32,000 nt of DNA from Dubosiella newyorkensis. Lineage in GTDB: Bacteria; Bacillota_I; Bacilli_A; Erysipelotrichales; Erysipelotrichaceae. Position numbers and translations under genes: made by a program. Below are positions 17,116 to 25,748 of the stretch, one piece after another; within the stretch, counting starts at the first letter, position 1, and each line of letters opens with the position of its first letter. The notes under the pieces were generated by a model. The model made no database searches, had not been told where the DNA came from, and worked only from the letters and a program-made list of their open reading frames with translations. Location: the NCBI RefSeq assembly GCF_001945605.1, contig NZ_MPKA01000047.1, positions 20,466-52,465 on the forward strand. Reading direction: 5' to 3'.

Positions 17116-17900
17116 CGATCGATGTAGGAAATACCAATATAACGATTGGCGTCTTTAAACACGAAGATTTGATCGCCAATTATCGTCTGACCACCAAGAT
17201 CAAACGGACAAGCGACGAATATGGCTCTTCTCTCGTCAACTTTTTGACGGCGGCAGGTATCGATGTAAAAGATGTGAACGATGTGATCGTCTCTAGCGTC
17301 GTTCCCAAGATCATGCATTCCTTTCGAAACGGAATCAAAAAATTCTTGAACATCGATCCGATCATCGTTCGTCCAGGCATCAAGACAGGCATCAGCGTCC
17401 AGCTCGAAAATCCAAAAAGCGTCGGGTCAGACCGCATTGCCGATTGCGCAGGCGCCTATCACGAATATGGCGGACCTGTGCTTGTCGTTGATTTTGGGAC
17501 CGCCACCACCTATGACTATGTCACAAAAGAAGGCCACTTCAAGGCGGGAGCGATCGGCGTAGGGATCGAATCTGGCGCCAACGCGCTTTGGGGACAAACC
17601 GCTCAGCTGCCAGAAATCGAAATCAAACGCCCAAGCACGATCTTAGCGAAAAACACCCAGACAGAAATGCAAGCCGGAATTTTCTATCAATGTCTTGGCG
17701 GCTTTGAAATGACCGTCAAGCAGTTCCGCAAAGAACTCAAAGAAGACTTCAAAGTCATCGCGACAGGCGGGCTTGGCCGCGTGATCTGCGATTATACAGA
17801 TTTTATCGACGTCTACGATCCCAATTTGATCTTCAAAGGCTTGAAAGTCATCTATGAAAAAAACAAAGACGAAAAAAAGGAAGAGCGCAACGTTCAATAA
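17106..17900 (+). CDS. coaX: type III pantothenate kinase
   Basis: MLVAIDVGNTN, GSDR and DFGTATT motifs. It overlaps coaBC by 10 nt. Confidence 0.9.
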   Translation: MLVAIDVGNTNITIGVFKHEDLIANYRLTTKIKRTSDEYGSSLVNFLTAAGIDVKDVNDVIVSSVVPKIMHSFRNGIKKFLNIDPIIVRPGIKTGISVQLENPKSVGSDRIADCAGAYHEYGGPVLVVDFGTATTYDYVTKEGHFKAGAIGVGIESGANALWGQTAQLPEIEIKRPSTILAKNTQTEMQAGIFYQCLGGFEMTVKQFRKELKEDFKVIATGGLGRVICDYTDFIDVYDPNLIFKGLKVIYEKNKDEKKEERNVQ

Positions 17901-17913
17901 CGCTCTTCCTTTT
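17872..17913. terminator. bidirectional intrinsic terminator shared by convergent coaX and panE
   Basis: A perfect 9-bp stem, GGAAGAGCG (17879-17887) pairing with CGCTCTTCC (17901-17909), flanked by A7 and T4. Both stop codons (TAA 17898-17900 and TGA 17896-17894) lie in the 13-nt loop. Confidence 0.75.
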
Positions 17914-18808
17914 CATATTGTAAGATCTTTTCATAAAGCATCGATAAGCACGGTGTCTCGATTCCCTTTTTTTCAGCCATCGGGATCAGAGTGCCACTAA
18001 AAAGCATCACTTCGCTTTTTCGACGCGCCAAACGATCTTGCGCCATGCTCGGCATCGAATTTGGATCCAAATTTTGGATCGCCTCGATCCACGCATTGAT
18101 CTCTTGATCGTCGATCGCGACCTCATAGGCTGCGAATACGTGCTGCACCTCTTTCATCGTTTTATAAAACAAATCGTATAAAAGCGGATGCGAACACACT
18201 TTGCCATATGTACATTGGTAGACCGCGCAAATTTGATTGATCGCGCAATTGAGCATGAGCTTCGAATATTGATCATGGATGATATCGTTCGAAACGACAT
18301 ACGGAAAATCGATCCGATCGAAAAAAGCGCACAATTTCGCAAAACTTTCTTCTTGACCGCTTTTCTCCATTCCGATCACGAGCTCACCTGTTTTCGTATA
18401 CGACAAGCTGTCGCCCTCATATTTCGCATCCATCTTTTGCGAGATCGCGCGAATGACAGGCTGCGGATACCGTTCCATGAGCAGATCGTCGCTCACGATC
18501 CCGTTCAAGCCCGAAATCAAGATCGTATCCTCTTTCAAGAACGGCTCGATCATAGTAAGCGCCGCATCAAAATCTTTCATCTTCGTCGTGATCAAAACAA
18601 GATCGACAGGATACGCATCCCTATTCGTTACATAAGAAAAGATTCTCGATACGCCATTGATTCGGTACTCGCTCGCTTCATATCTTTGTTTTCGTTTTTC
18701 ATCCACGAGAAACGCAAAATCGTTTCCCACCTTTTCTTCGATCAAAGAGCCAAACAAACCACCGACCGCGCCTCGGCCGACGACGAGCACCTTTTCGATC
18801 TCAGACAT
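17894..18808 (-). CDS. panE: 2-dehydropantoate 2-reductase (ApbA/PanE family)
   Basis: N-terminal Rossmann motif VLVVGRGAVGGLFG, ~300 aa, with pantothenate/CoA gene neighbours. The start is moved to MSEIEK (ATG 18808), an 8-nt overlap with the upstream stop. Confidence 0.7.
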   Translation of the reverse strand: MSEIEKVLVVGRGAVGGLFGSLIEEKVGNDFAFLVDEKRKQRYEASEYRINGVSRIFSYVTNRDAYPVDLVLITTKMKDFDAALTMIEPFLKEDTILISGLNGIVSDDLLMERYPQPVIRAISQKMDAKYEGDSLSYTKTGELVIGMEKSGQEESFAKLCAFFDRIDFPYVVSNDIIHDQYSKLMLNCAINQICAVYQCTYGKVCSHPLLYDLFYKTMKEVQHVFAAYEVAIDDQEINAWIEAIQNLDPNSMPSMAQDRLARRKSEVMLFSGTLIPMAEKKGIETPCLSMLYEKILQYEKEERY

Positions 18809-19394
18809 GATGAAAAGGCTCCTTTTCCGTTTGGATAAAGTCGACAAGCATCATCTCTTCTCCTTTCATCTCATATTCGAGAATACACCCATTGCGAAAA
18901 TCCTTCGGATCTAGGATCCCTTTTTTTCGAGGCAGCGAGCGGAACAATCCGGAAACAGGAATCCCATGCGTGACAAACAGCACCGAATGATGATCGTTTT
19001 GTTTCATGACATGCAAGATCAAACGAAAAACGCGGACGATTGCTTCTTCATACGTTTCTCCGCCAACGGATTTAAAAAAATTCATTCGATCTTCAACAGG
19101 AATGTCCGTATGCTTCCACCCATCGTATTTGCCAAAACTCATCTCGCGAAGCGCTTGGCTTGTATATTGTGGAACTTGGATCGGAGCGATGATCTGCATC
19201 GTGTCGATCGCTCTAGAAAGATCGGAGCTGTAGGCGTGATCAAATGTGATCCCCTTTTTTTGAAAATAGTCGCGGACCTTTTTGGCTTGCTCTCTTCCTT
19301 TTTGCGTCAGAGGCGAATCTTTCCAGCCTTGGCACCGTTTTTCAACATTGAACTGCGTTTGTCCATGACGGACAATGTAGATCTTTTTCTTCAT
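18801..19394 (-). CDS. histidine phosphatase family protein (phosphoglycerate-mutase-like)
   Basis: IVRHGQTQFN catalytic RHG motif and a later THG motif. 197 aa. ATGA overlap with nth. Confidence 0.85.
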   Translation of the reverse strand: MKKKIYIVRHGQTQFNVEKRCQGWKDSPLTQKGREQAKKVRDYFQKKGITFDHAYSSDLSRAIDTMQIIAPIQVPQYTSQALREMSFGKYDGWKHTDIPVEDRMNFFKSVGGETYEEAIVRVFRLILHVMKQNDHHSVLFVTHGIPVSGLFRSLPRKKGILDPKDFRNGCILEYEMKGEEMMLVDFIQTEKEPFHHV

Positions 19395-20053
19395 TCCATT
19401 TCCTTCTTTTTCTTTTTCAACGCTTTATATCGCTCAAGTTTTTCGTTTTGACAAAAACTCGTGAAAGGACATTCCTGACATTTTGGATGTCTAGCCGTGC
19501 AGAAATATCGTCCAAAAAAGATAAAATCGTGATGAGCTTGATTCCATAATGCCCGTGGGATCTTTCGTTTGAGCTTTTCCTCCACCTTTTCTACGCTATC
19601 ATCCACTTTCGCTAAGCCGAGACGCTTGCTTACGCGATCGACATGCGTATCGACTGCGAAACTAGGAATATCGAAAGCCACACTGCGAACGACATTCGCT
19701 GTTTTTCTTCCCACACCTGCCAAAGACTGAAGCTCTTTATACGTGCTTGGCACGACGCCATCGAACTTCTCAACAAGATCTTTGGAAAGAGCGATAATAT
19801 TTTTGGCTTTCGAGTGATACAATCCGATCGTTCGGATATAGCCTTCGACATCTTCGAGATCGGCTTTCGCGAGCGAAAAAGGATCTGGATAGCGTGTAAA
19901 GAGTGCTGGCGTGACTTTGTTGACCGAAGCGTCGGTCGTTTGAGCCGAAAGAACGACCGCTATAAGCAGCTGAAATGTGCTTTCATGATAAAGCTCGCAT
20001 TGGGCGTTAGGAAAGATCTTCTCGATCTCGTATACGATTTCTTCGCCGCTCAT
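19391..20053 (-). CDS. nth: endonuclease III
   Basis: HhH-GPD motif (LAGVGRKTANVV), catalytic D and a C-terminal 4Fe-4S motif C-x6-C-x2-C-x5-C (CTARHPKCQECPFTSFC). Confidence 0.93.
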   Translation of the reverse strand: MSGEEIVYEIEKIFPNAQCELYHESTFQLLIAVVLSAQTTDASVNKVTPALFTRYPDPFSLAKADLEDVEGYIRTIGLYHSKAKNIIALSKDLVEKFDGVVPSTYKELQSLAGVGRKTANVVRSVAFDIPSFAVDTHVDRVSKRLGLAKVDDSVEKVEEKLKRKIPRALWNQAHHDFIFFGRYFCTARHPKCQECPFTSFCQNEKLERYKALKKKKKEME

Positions 20054-20592
20054 CGTTTACCACTCTCCAGCTCTTCTGTGCTCAATCCTTTGTTGCGCCA
20101 TGAGACAAGGACATTTTCAATATAGTTCAAGCTTTTTTTATCGTAGACGACCGCCTCGTTCAAAGCGCATACGACTTGCCGTTCGCCGAATGTCTCACAC
20201 AAGTCGAGGATCTTTTGCATTTCAAAGACAGAAAGATCACGACCAAACTCTTCTTCAAAATCAGAGATGATGCTTTTGGAAAGAGAAACCCCCGAAGGAT
20301 TCGCGTTTTTCATCAACCCATCCATCAAAAAGCAAACTTTGCCTTGCACCACATCGATCTTTAAATACCCGCGCGAAGAAAGGATATTAAAGATCGTGTC
20401 CACTTCTTCTTCGCTGATCTTGGCTTTGGCGGCAAAAACTTCCGGAGAGATCGGTAAATTATGCGCGTTGGCATCTAAGATCAGCAAAGCGATCAACGCT
20501 TCTCGAGCGTCGAGATGCAGATCCTCTAGATGCGCGAACAACCAAGCGACTTGATTGAACCAAGGCTCGTTCCATGGATCTTTTTTCGCCAT
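20050..20592 (-). CDS. dnaD: DnaD-domain replication initiation/membrane attachment protein
   Basis: C-terminal DnaD/DnaB_2-like repeat (FGRDLSVFEMQKILDL...SLNYIENVLVSWRNKG) and dnaD-nth adjacency as in Bacillus subtilis. The start is moved to MAKKDPW (ATG 20592), after AAGGAAGG. Confidence 0.75.
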   Translation of the reverse strand: MAKKDPWNEPWFNQVAWLFAHLEDLHLDAREALIALLILDANAHNLPISPEVFAAKAKISEEEVDTIFNILSSRGYLKIDVVQGKVCFLMDGLMKNANPSGVSLSKSIISDFEEEFGRDLSVFEMQKILDLCETFGERQVVCALNEAVVYDKKSLNYIENVLVSWRNKGLSTEELESGKR

Positions 20593-20593
20593 A

Positions 20594-21061
20594 TCATTCC
20601 TTCCTTTCATAAACGTTTTCTAGCGTATCATAGTTCAGCAGCAAAAGTGTGTTTTTCCCTCTCACCTCATAACAAGGGGCGCTATAGCCAAAAGTCAGAT
20701 CGATCGTCTCCGCATCGATCCCGTACTCTTCTTTGGCCACTTGCCGCACTTTGGCATAATCAAGAGTCGAAAGATCGCGGACGGCGATCTCTTCGCACTT
20801 CTGGTTGAACCAATAGACATTTTCTGTCGTATAGCCAGAATACGTGACATATTCAAATATATTTTGTTCAAGACCTTTGATATCTGGCACTTGTTTTTGG
20901 ATCTTGGCATACGCGGCTTGCAGTTGTTCTTCATGCAGGCGGGCCGGCCCGCTGATAAACAAGCTCCATAATAAAGCGATCAGGCAAACGAGCGTACACG
21001 CAAGGGCGAAACTGAGCCATGGTCCATAATATTTCGGTTTTTTCTTTTTGATCTCGCTCAT
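20594..21061 (-). CDS. single-pass membrane protein, YpmB/PepSY-like
   Basis: An N-terminal TM segment followed by a ~110-aa domain. Its position upstream of dnaD-nth recalls B. subtilis ypmB. There is no SD in front of the ATG. Confidence 0.5.
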   Translation of the reverse strand: MSEIKKKKPKYYGPWLSFALACTLVCLIALLWSLFISGPARLHEEQLQAAYAKIQKQVPDIKGLEQNIFEYVTYSGYTTENVYWFNQKCEEIAVRDLSTLDYAKVRQVAKEEYGIDAETIDLTFGYSAPCYEVRGKNTLLLLNYDTLENVYERKE

Positions 21062-21089
21062 ATTGTTTATTCTAATCCATTTCTAGGAA

Positions 21090-21120
21090 TTAGAAAAGCT
21101 ACCTTCACAAAAGGCAGCTT
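21090..21120 (-). terminator. intrinsic terminator after mtnN
   Basis: On the minus strand, AAGCTGCCTT-ttgtg-AAGGTAGCTT (10 bp, one G-U pair) is followed by TTTCTAATT. The TAA stop is in the stem. Confidence 0.6.
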
Positions 21121-21790
21121 ATAAACACCATTCATTGATGAATTTAGCGGCTTGCTCGCTCGCTTTTTGAGCAAAAGCGGAAAACTCCATCGGATTGTCG
21201 TGATGAAAAACAACATCCGAAAGCGTGCGGATGATCAAGCATGGAGTATGGAAGGCGCTGCACACTTGGGCGATCGCGCCACCTTCCATTTCTGAGCAGG
21301 CGCTTTCCGGAAAGTTTTGCTTCAATGTATCAAAGTCGCTTTGACGAGCCATAAAAAGATCTTGGGTCGCGATCACGCCGGTCTGATAAGGGATCCCGAT
21401 CTTTTGGGCGATCGATTCCGCTTTTTGAATCAAGGCGGGTTCGATCGGATAACGAAGTCCGAGCCCTTCTTCTCCATCGAGCGGACTCGTGTCAAAATCG
21501 GCTTGGATCGCTTCGTTCGAGATCACAAGATCAAGAACTTGCTGATTTTCGAGCAAGCCGCCCGCGACACCTACATTGATCACCAATTCAACTGGCGCTT
21601 CCATCAAAAGGATCGTAGCGCTCATGCTCGCGCTGCATTTGCCAATCCCTGCCAAACAGGCGATGACTTCTTGTTCATGGATCTTTCCTCGATACAGTTT
21701 GCAAGTCGCAATTTGTCGTTCGCTTTCGATCTCCATATATTTTAAGATCGCTTGCAGCTCCGATTCCATCGCGCATAAGATTCCTATCAT
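21119..21790 (-). CDS. mtnN: 5'-methylthioadenosine / S-adenosylhomocysteine nucleosidase
   Basis: MIGILCAMESE N-terminus and SEMEGGAIAQV motif. 223 aa. Confidence 0.9.
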   Translation of the reverse strand: MIGILCAMESELQAILKYMEIESERQIATCKLYRGKIHEQEVIACLAGIGKCSASMSATILLMEAPVELVINVGVAGGLLENQQVLDLVISNEAIQADFDTSPLDGEEGLGLRYPIEPALIQKAESIAQKIGIPYQTGVIATQDLFMARQSDFDTLKQNFPESACSEMEGGAIAQVCSAFHTPCLIIRTLSDVVFHHDNPMEFSAFAQKASEQAAKFINEWCL

Positions 21791-22503
21791 TGCTCTTTTC
21801 CTTTCTTTTGTACGATATAAAAATATTTTTCTCCGCTCTGGATACCTTCTTGATCGAAATCGGTACGAATATCGACGATCGTAAAGAATCGCTCCAGTTG
21901 TTCATGAAGCCATGTGGGCTCATACACTCTTTGGATATGATGCTCTTGCTGGATCGTTCCATCGAGTTTATAAAACGCGAAGTCTTGATAAATGAAATCA
22001 TCCTCGGCCATGATCGACCATTGGTATTGTACGCCATCTTCGAATTCGCCCGTCTCGTTGAACTCTTCCTGAAATTCTTCGAGCCTATCCAAAGAATGCG
22101 TATCGAATAGAAAATACCCGCTATCGCTTAGATGGGCATCCACTTCACGAAAGAGGTGGATCAAATCGTCTGGATCTAAAATGTAGTTGATGCTGTCGCA
22201 AAGACAAAGGATCGCCTCGTATTGGCCACATTCCTTTAGATCCAGCATATTTCCTGTAAAATAGTGGATCGATTGACTGTCTTGTTTTTGCTTGGCTTCG
22301 GCAATCATTTCTTCGCTCAGATCTAGAGCGTCGATATGGACTCCATCTTGAGCAAGGCGACGTGTGATTTCTCCCGAACCACACGCCAGCTCTAAGATCG
22401 AAGAACCGATCTTGACGGTGTGGATCCAATCATACCAGGCGCTGGTCGCTTGATCGTCTTTGACGAGCGCGTCGTAATAATGGGCAAGCGTATTATAGAT
22501 CAT
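21787..22503 (-). CDS. class I SAM-dependent methyltransferase (YqeM-like)
   Basis: LELACGSGE motif I and its position after rsfS, as for B. subtilis yqeM. The start is set at MIYNTLAHYYD (ATG 22503) by analogy with the YqeM N-terminus. The track start at 22569 would overlap rsfS by 77 nt. Confidence 0.8.
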   Translation of the reverse strand: MIYNTLAHYYDALVKDDQATSAWYDWIHTVKIGSSILELACGSGEITRRLAQDGVHIDALDLSEEMIAEAKQKQDSQSIHYFTGNMLDLKECGQYEAILCLCDSINYILDPDDLIHLFREVDAHLSDSGYFLFDTHSLDRLEEFQEEFNETGEFEDGVQYQWSIMAEDDFIYQDFAFYKLDGTIQQEHHIQRVYEPTWLHEQLERFFTIVDIRTDFDQEGIQSGEKYFYIVQKKGKEQ

Positions 22504-22831
22504 ACCGTTTAGATGGGACGTCTCCATAGAGCTTGTCGAGATTGTAGACGTGTCTTTCTTCTTCGACAAAGAGATGAACGACGATATCTTTCAAGTCGAT
22601 CAAGATCCAGCGCGAATTAGACTCGCCCTCTTGACGGATCTCTCCTGTATAATTGGCGTCTTTGAGCTTTTCACGAATATTGGTCGCGATCGCGTTGTTT
22701 TGACGCAAGTTGCTCGAAGAAGCGACGATCATCGTATCTACGAAAGGCGTGACCATCGATACGTCGTATTCGATGATATCTTCTCCTTTTCTCTCGGAGA
22801 TCGCTTTGAGTACTATTTCTAAAACGTTCAT
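22493..22831 (-). CDS. rsfS: ribosome silencing factor
   Basis: 112 aa with the RsfS/YbeB pattern (GEDIIEYDV...DTMIVASSSN.RQ..AIA..I...WILIDLKDIVVHLF). Confidence 0.9.
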   Translation of the reverse strand: MNVLEIVLKAISERKGEDIIEYDVSMVTPFVDTMIVASSSNLRQNNAIATNIREKLKDANYTGEIRQEGESNSRWILIDLKDIVVHLFVEEERHVYNLDKLYGDVPSKRYDL

Positions 22832-23865
22832 TGTGTTCCTTCTTTCCGTTTTTGCTGGATATATTTATCGTTTTGGTCTTTTGTGAGATCAAAACCGTGG
22901 TCGATATCTTTTTCGCACGCTTTGATGAGCGCGGAACTATCGTATCCACGTAAGGGATCGAGCTTGTCGGCGCAATAGACGATCTTCGCGTACGGTTCAT
23001 CGCTCAACCCAAGCACGTGCCAGCGGATGGCGTTTTTGATTTGACGGTCTTTGATCCCAAAAACACGATCGATCACTTCACCACCCACAAATCCATGCCA
23101 GATCGAAGTGGAGGCGTTTACGTATTGAGGGGCGATCGCTTCGACCCAAGGTCTCATTTGGTCTGGCAGCATCGATTTGCACACGTCGTGAAAGAGGCCT
23201 GCTAAATACGCTTTTTGAGGATCCAATCCATTGCCTTGGGCGAATCTTTCGCAAAGCTTGGCGACCGAAAGGCTATGCAAAAAGCGATGATGGCGCACTC
23301 TTGATTTGACGAAATCTTGAATGTAGAGCCGATTGGCATAGATATATTCGAGAACACGGGGATCGACATAATTCAAGCCATTCCCTTCTCGGATCATGCT
23401 TGAAGAGACAGGGACTTGTTTCATTGGCATGCATTCTAGATCATAGTCGTTGCGGCCAAAGCTTCCATCTCGATCGACACAAATAAAATGGGCCATGCTC
23501 ACAAGCTTGTCCACGTTTTTCCAATCTTGGAATTGAGCCATTTGATCACTGCCGATCAAAACATAGAACTCGGTGTCTGGCTCGTCTTTGAGCAGTTTTT
23601 TAAGGGTATGGTAAGTATACGATTTCTTCTTGCGATCGAGCTCGATCGGATTGAGCTTGAAGGTCGCTTCGTCTTGAATCGCGATTTCGACCATCTTTTT
23701 ACGATGTTCATCCTCGGTGAGCTCGCGATCCTTCAACGGTGTCTGGTGGGTGGGAATATACCATACTTCATCGACCCCTAACTCCTTTTTGGCAAGCTTT
23801 CCCATTTCAATGTGGCCTAGATGGATCGGATCGAACGATCCACCAATAATGGCGACTCGTTTCAT
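22828..23865 (-). CDS. nadD: fused nicotinate-nucleotide adenylyltransferase (NadD) and HD-domain YqeK (Ap4A hydrolase family)
   Basis: One continuous frame. The N-terminal half has GGSFDPIHLGH and SSSMIR. The C-terminal half has RFLHSLSVA...GLFHDVCK, an HD motif. The start is moved to MKRVAIIGG (ATG 23865), which forms an ATGA overlap with the yhbY stop. Confidence 0.88.
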   Translation of the reverse strand: MKRVAIIGGSFDPIHLGHIEMGKLAKKELGVDEVWYIPTHQTPLKDRELTEDEHRKKMVEIAIQDEATFKLNPIELDRKKKSYTYHTLKKLLKDEPDTEFYVLIGSDQMAQFQDWKNVDKLVSMAHFICVDRDGSFGRNDYDLECMPMKQVPVSSSMIREGNGLNYVDPRVLEYIYANRLYIQDFVKSRVRHHRFLHSLSVAKLCERFAQGNGLDPQKAYLAGLFHDVCKSMLPDQMRPWVEAIAPQYVNASTSIWHGFVGGEVIDRVFGIKDRQIKNAIRWHVLGLSDEPYAKIVYCADKLDPLRGYDSSALIKACEKDIDHGFDLTKDQNDKYIQQKRKEGTQ

Positions 23866-24152
23866 GCTTTGAGTCCCATTTTGTTTTCTTTGCTGCGACG
23901 ATAGAGAATGAATGTCCGTCCTACGATATGAACGACTTGAGCATGGGTGGCGGCCGCGCATTCTATGGCTGCTTCTCTAACGTCGATCGGCGTCGTCTTC
24001 AGTAAAGAGACTTTGACGAGCTCATGCGCTTCGAGCGCGTCGTCGAGGGTCTGGTATAAATTAGCGGAAAGTCCTGTCTTTCCAATCTGGATCAAAGCCT
24101 GTAGATCGTGGGCTTTTGTTCGTAAATACTTTTTATCTTGATTGCTGAGCAT
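23862..24152 (-). CDS. yhbY: YhbY/YqeI CRM-domain RNA-binding protein
   Basis: 96 aa with KKYLRTKAHDLQALIQIGKTGLS...HELVKV. The start overlaps the yqeH stop by 1 nt (TAATG). Confidence 0.85.
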   Translation of the reverse strand: MLSNQDKKYLRTKAHDLQALIQIGKTGLSANLYQTLDDALEAHELVKVSLLKTTPIDVREAAIECAAATHAQVVHIVGRTFILYRRSKENKMGLKA

Positions 24153-25228
24153 TATATCATTGCCTTTCTAAATGTGACTTGGATGCCTTTATGGACTTTG
24201 ACGTAGATCTTTTCGATCGAGCCCGAAACACAGAACCAGCCAAGTCCATGGATCACGATATCGAGCTTCCCTTCAAAAGGGGGCGCTTGATATGTATGCA
24301 TCGTTTTAAGCGATAAATCGAGTGTTGGCGAAAGCATTTCGCCAAGATGGTTTTTCCAAAGCGTATCCGCGTTTTCCAATTTTCCGCGATGGATCGGAAG
24401 CGAATTGGAGAAATAAGCGACGATCGTCGCCTTGCCTTTTGTATAGACATCGAGTCGCACGAGTCCGCCTACCGCAAAAGACTGGTTTTCGAATACTTGG
24501 GTGACTAGAGGTCGGATCGGTTTGGTCGGGATCAACTGCTTAAGCTGCTTAGGGTCGATCAAGGTGAGTATACTGTGATGGTTCTCGATGCCTGGAGTGT
24601 CGTAGATCGTATAGCCATCTTTTTTGATCGTGACTAGATCGAGCGTCGTGCCTGGATTTCTTGAGGTCGTCAGATCCGTGGAGGCTAAAAGCTTATTGAT
24701 CAAGGTCGATTTTCCTGAATTGGCGACACCCATGAAGATCACGTGTTTGTCTTTGGCGTAGTGTTCGATCGCCTCTTCTAAACGCTTGATCGAATATTGG
24801 GCTTCTTCGCCATTTTTAAGGAGTCCTCCTAGAATGATCTTGCCATCGACATGAATATCTTCTTCTTTTAAACGCTCGTCCACGAATTCGAAGATCTTTT
24901 TGTCGGCGAGCGTTTTTGGCAAGACATCGCGTTTGGTCAAGACCATGATGATCTTTTTATTGGGCAACTTGTGGTTGAGCCGCGAAATGATCGAAGACTC
25001 GAACGTGAACAAGTCGACGACCCAAAAGATCACGCCCTCTAAAGCGTCGATCTTTTCGAATGTTTCATTGGATTCGATGCCTTGTTGCATATTGATCGTC
25101 AGATCTCCATAATGGCGGATCCGATAGCACCGCTGACAATACGAAGAGTCGAGAGTCGGGACATAGCCTGGCGCGTTTGCGTTTTCGTTTTGCAGCAAGA
25201 CTCCGCACCCTTTACAATATTTAGTCAT
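24152..25228 (-). CDS. yqeH: ribosome biogenesis GTPase YqeH
   Basis: N-terminal zinc finger CKGCG...CQRC and circularly permuted GTPase motifs (TKRD ... GVANSGKST ... DTPG). The start is moved to MTKYCKGCG (ATG 25228). Confidence 0.9.
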   Translation of the reverse strand: MTKYCKGCGVLLQNENANAPGYVPTLDSSYCQRCYRIRHYGDLTINMQQGIESNETFEKIDALEGVIFWVVDLFTFESSIISRLNHKLPNKKIIMVLTKRDVLPKTLADKKIFEFVDERLKEEDIHVDGKIILGGLLKNGEEAQYSIKRLEEAIEHYAKDKHVIFMGVANSGKSTLINKLLASTDLTTSRNPGTTLDLVTIKKDGYTIYDTPGIENHHSILTLIDPKQLKQLIPTKPIRPLVTQVFENQSFAVGGLVRLDVYTKGKATIVAYFSNSLPIHRGKLENADTLWKNHLGEMLSPTLDLSLKTMHTYQAPPFEGKLDIVIHGLGWFCVSGSIEKIYVKVHKGIQVTFRKAMI

Positions 25229-25748
25229 CGAATTCCCCCTTTTTGAAAATGTGTTTTTTCGAATAATGACGATAGATAAAATTTTCAAAAAAGCGATTGA
25301 TGCGCGTATCGAATTTATCTTTTTCAATGATCGGTGCTGTCAAGATCTTATAGCAGCCAGCCAAAGAGGCGCCGAGCATGTCCGTAAGAAGCTGATCGCC
25401 TAAAAGAGCCGTTTGTTTTGGGGCAACATGATAATAGCGCATCGCTTTTTTGATATTTCTTGGTGTTGGTTTGAACGACAAGTAAAAGACGTGTTCGACA
25501 TCGAGATCTTTGGCGAAGCGTTTGGCTCGCTTAGGCGAAGCGTTGGAAACGAGCGCCACATCGAGTCCGCTGTGTTCGACTTTCTTTAAGAACTTTTTTA
25601 CTCGTTCGTTCGAATCCGGGTCGTTATAAGCGACCAAAGTATTGTCGATATCACAAAGCAACAAACGTATGCCTGCTTTTTTTAAGCGTTGGATATCGAT
25701 ATTTTCAAAATTGCGGACATAATAGTCCGGTTTAAAATAATGCTTCAT
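25221..25748 (-). CDS. yqeG: YqeG-family HAD-IIIA phosphatase
   Basis: LLCDIDNTLV motif I and GDQLLTD motif. It is the first conserved gene of the yqeG-yqeM cluster. The start is moved to MKHYFKPD (ATG 25748), an ATGA overlap. Confidence 0.85.
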   Translation of the reverse strand: MKHYFKPDYYVRNFENIDIQRLKKAGIRLLLCDIDNTLVAYNDPDSNERVKKFLKKVEHSGLDVALVSNASPKRAKRFAKDLDVEHVFYLSFKPTPRNIKKAMRYYHVAPKQTALLGDQLLTDMLGASLAGCYKILTAPIIEKDKFDTRINRFFENFIYRHYSKKHIFKKGEFDD

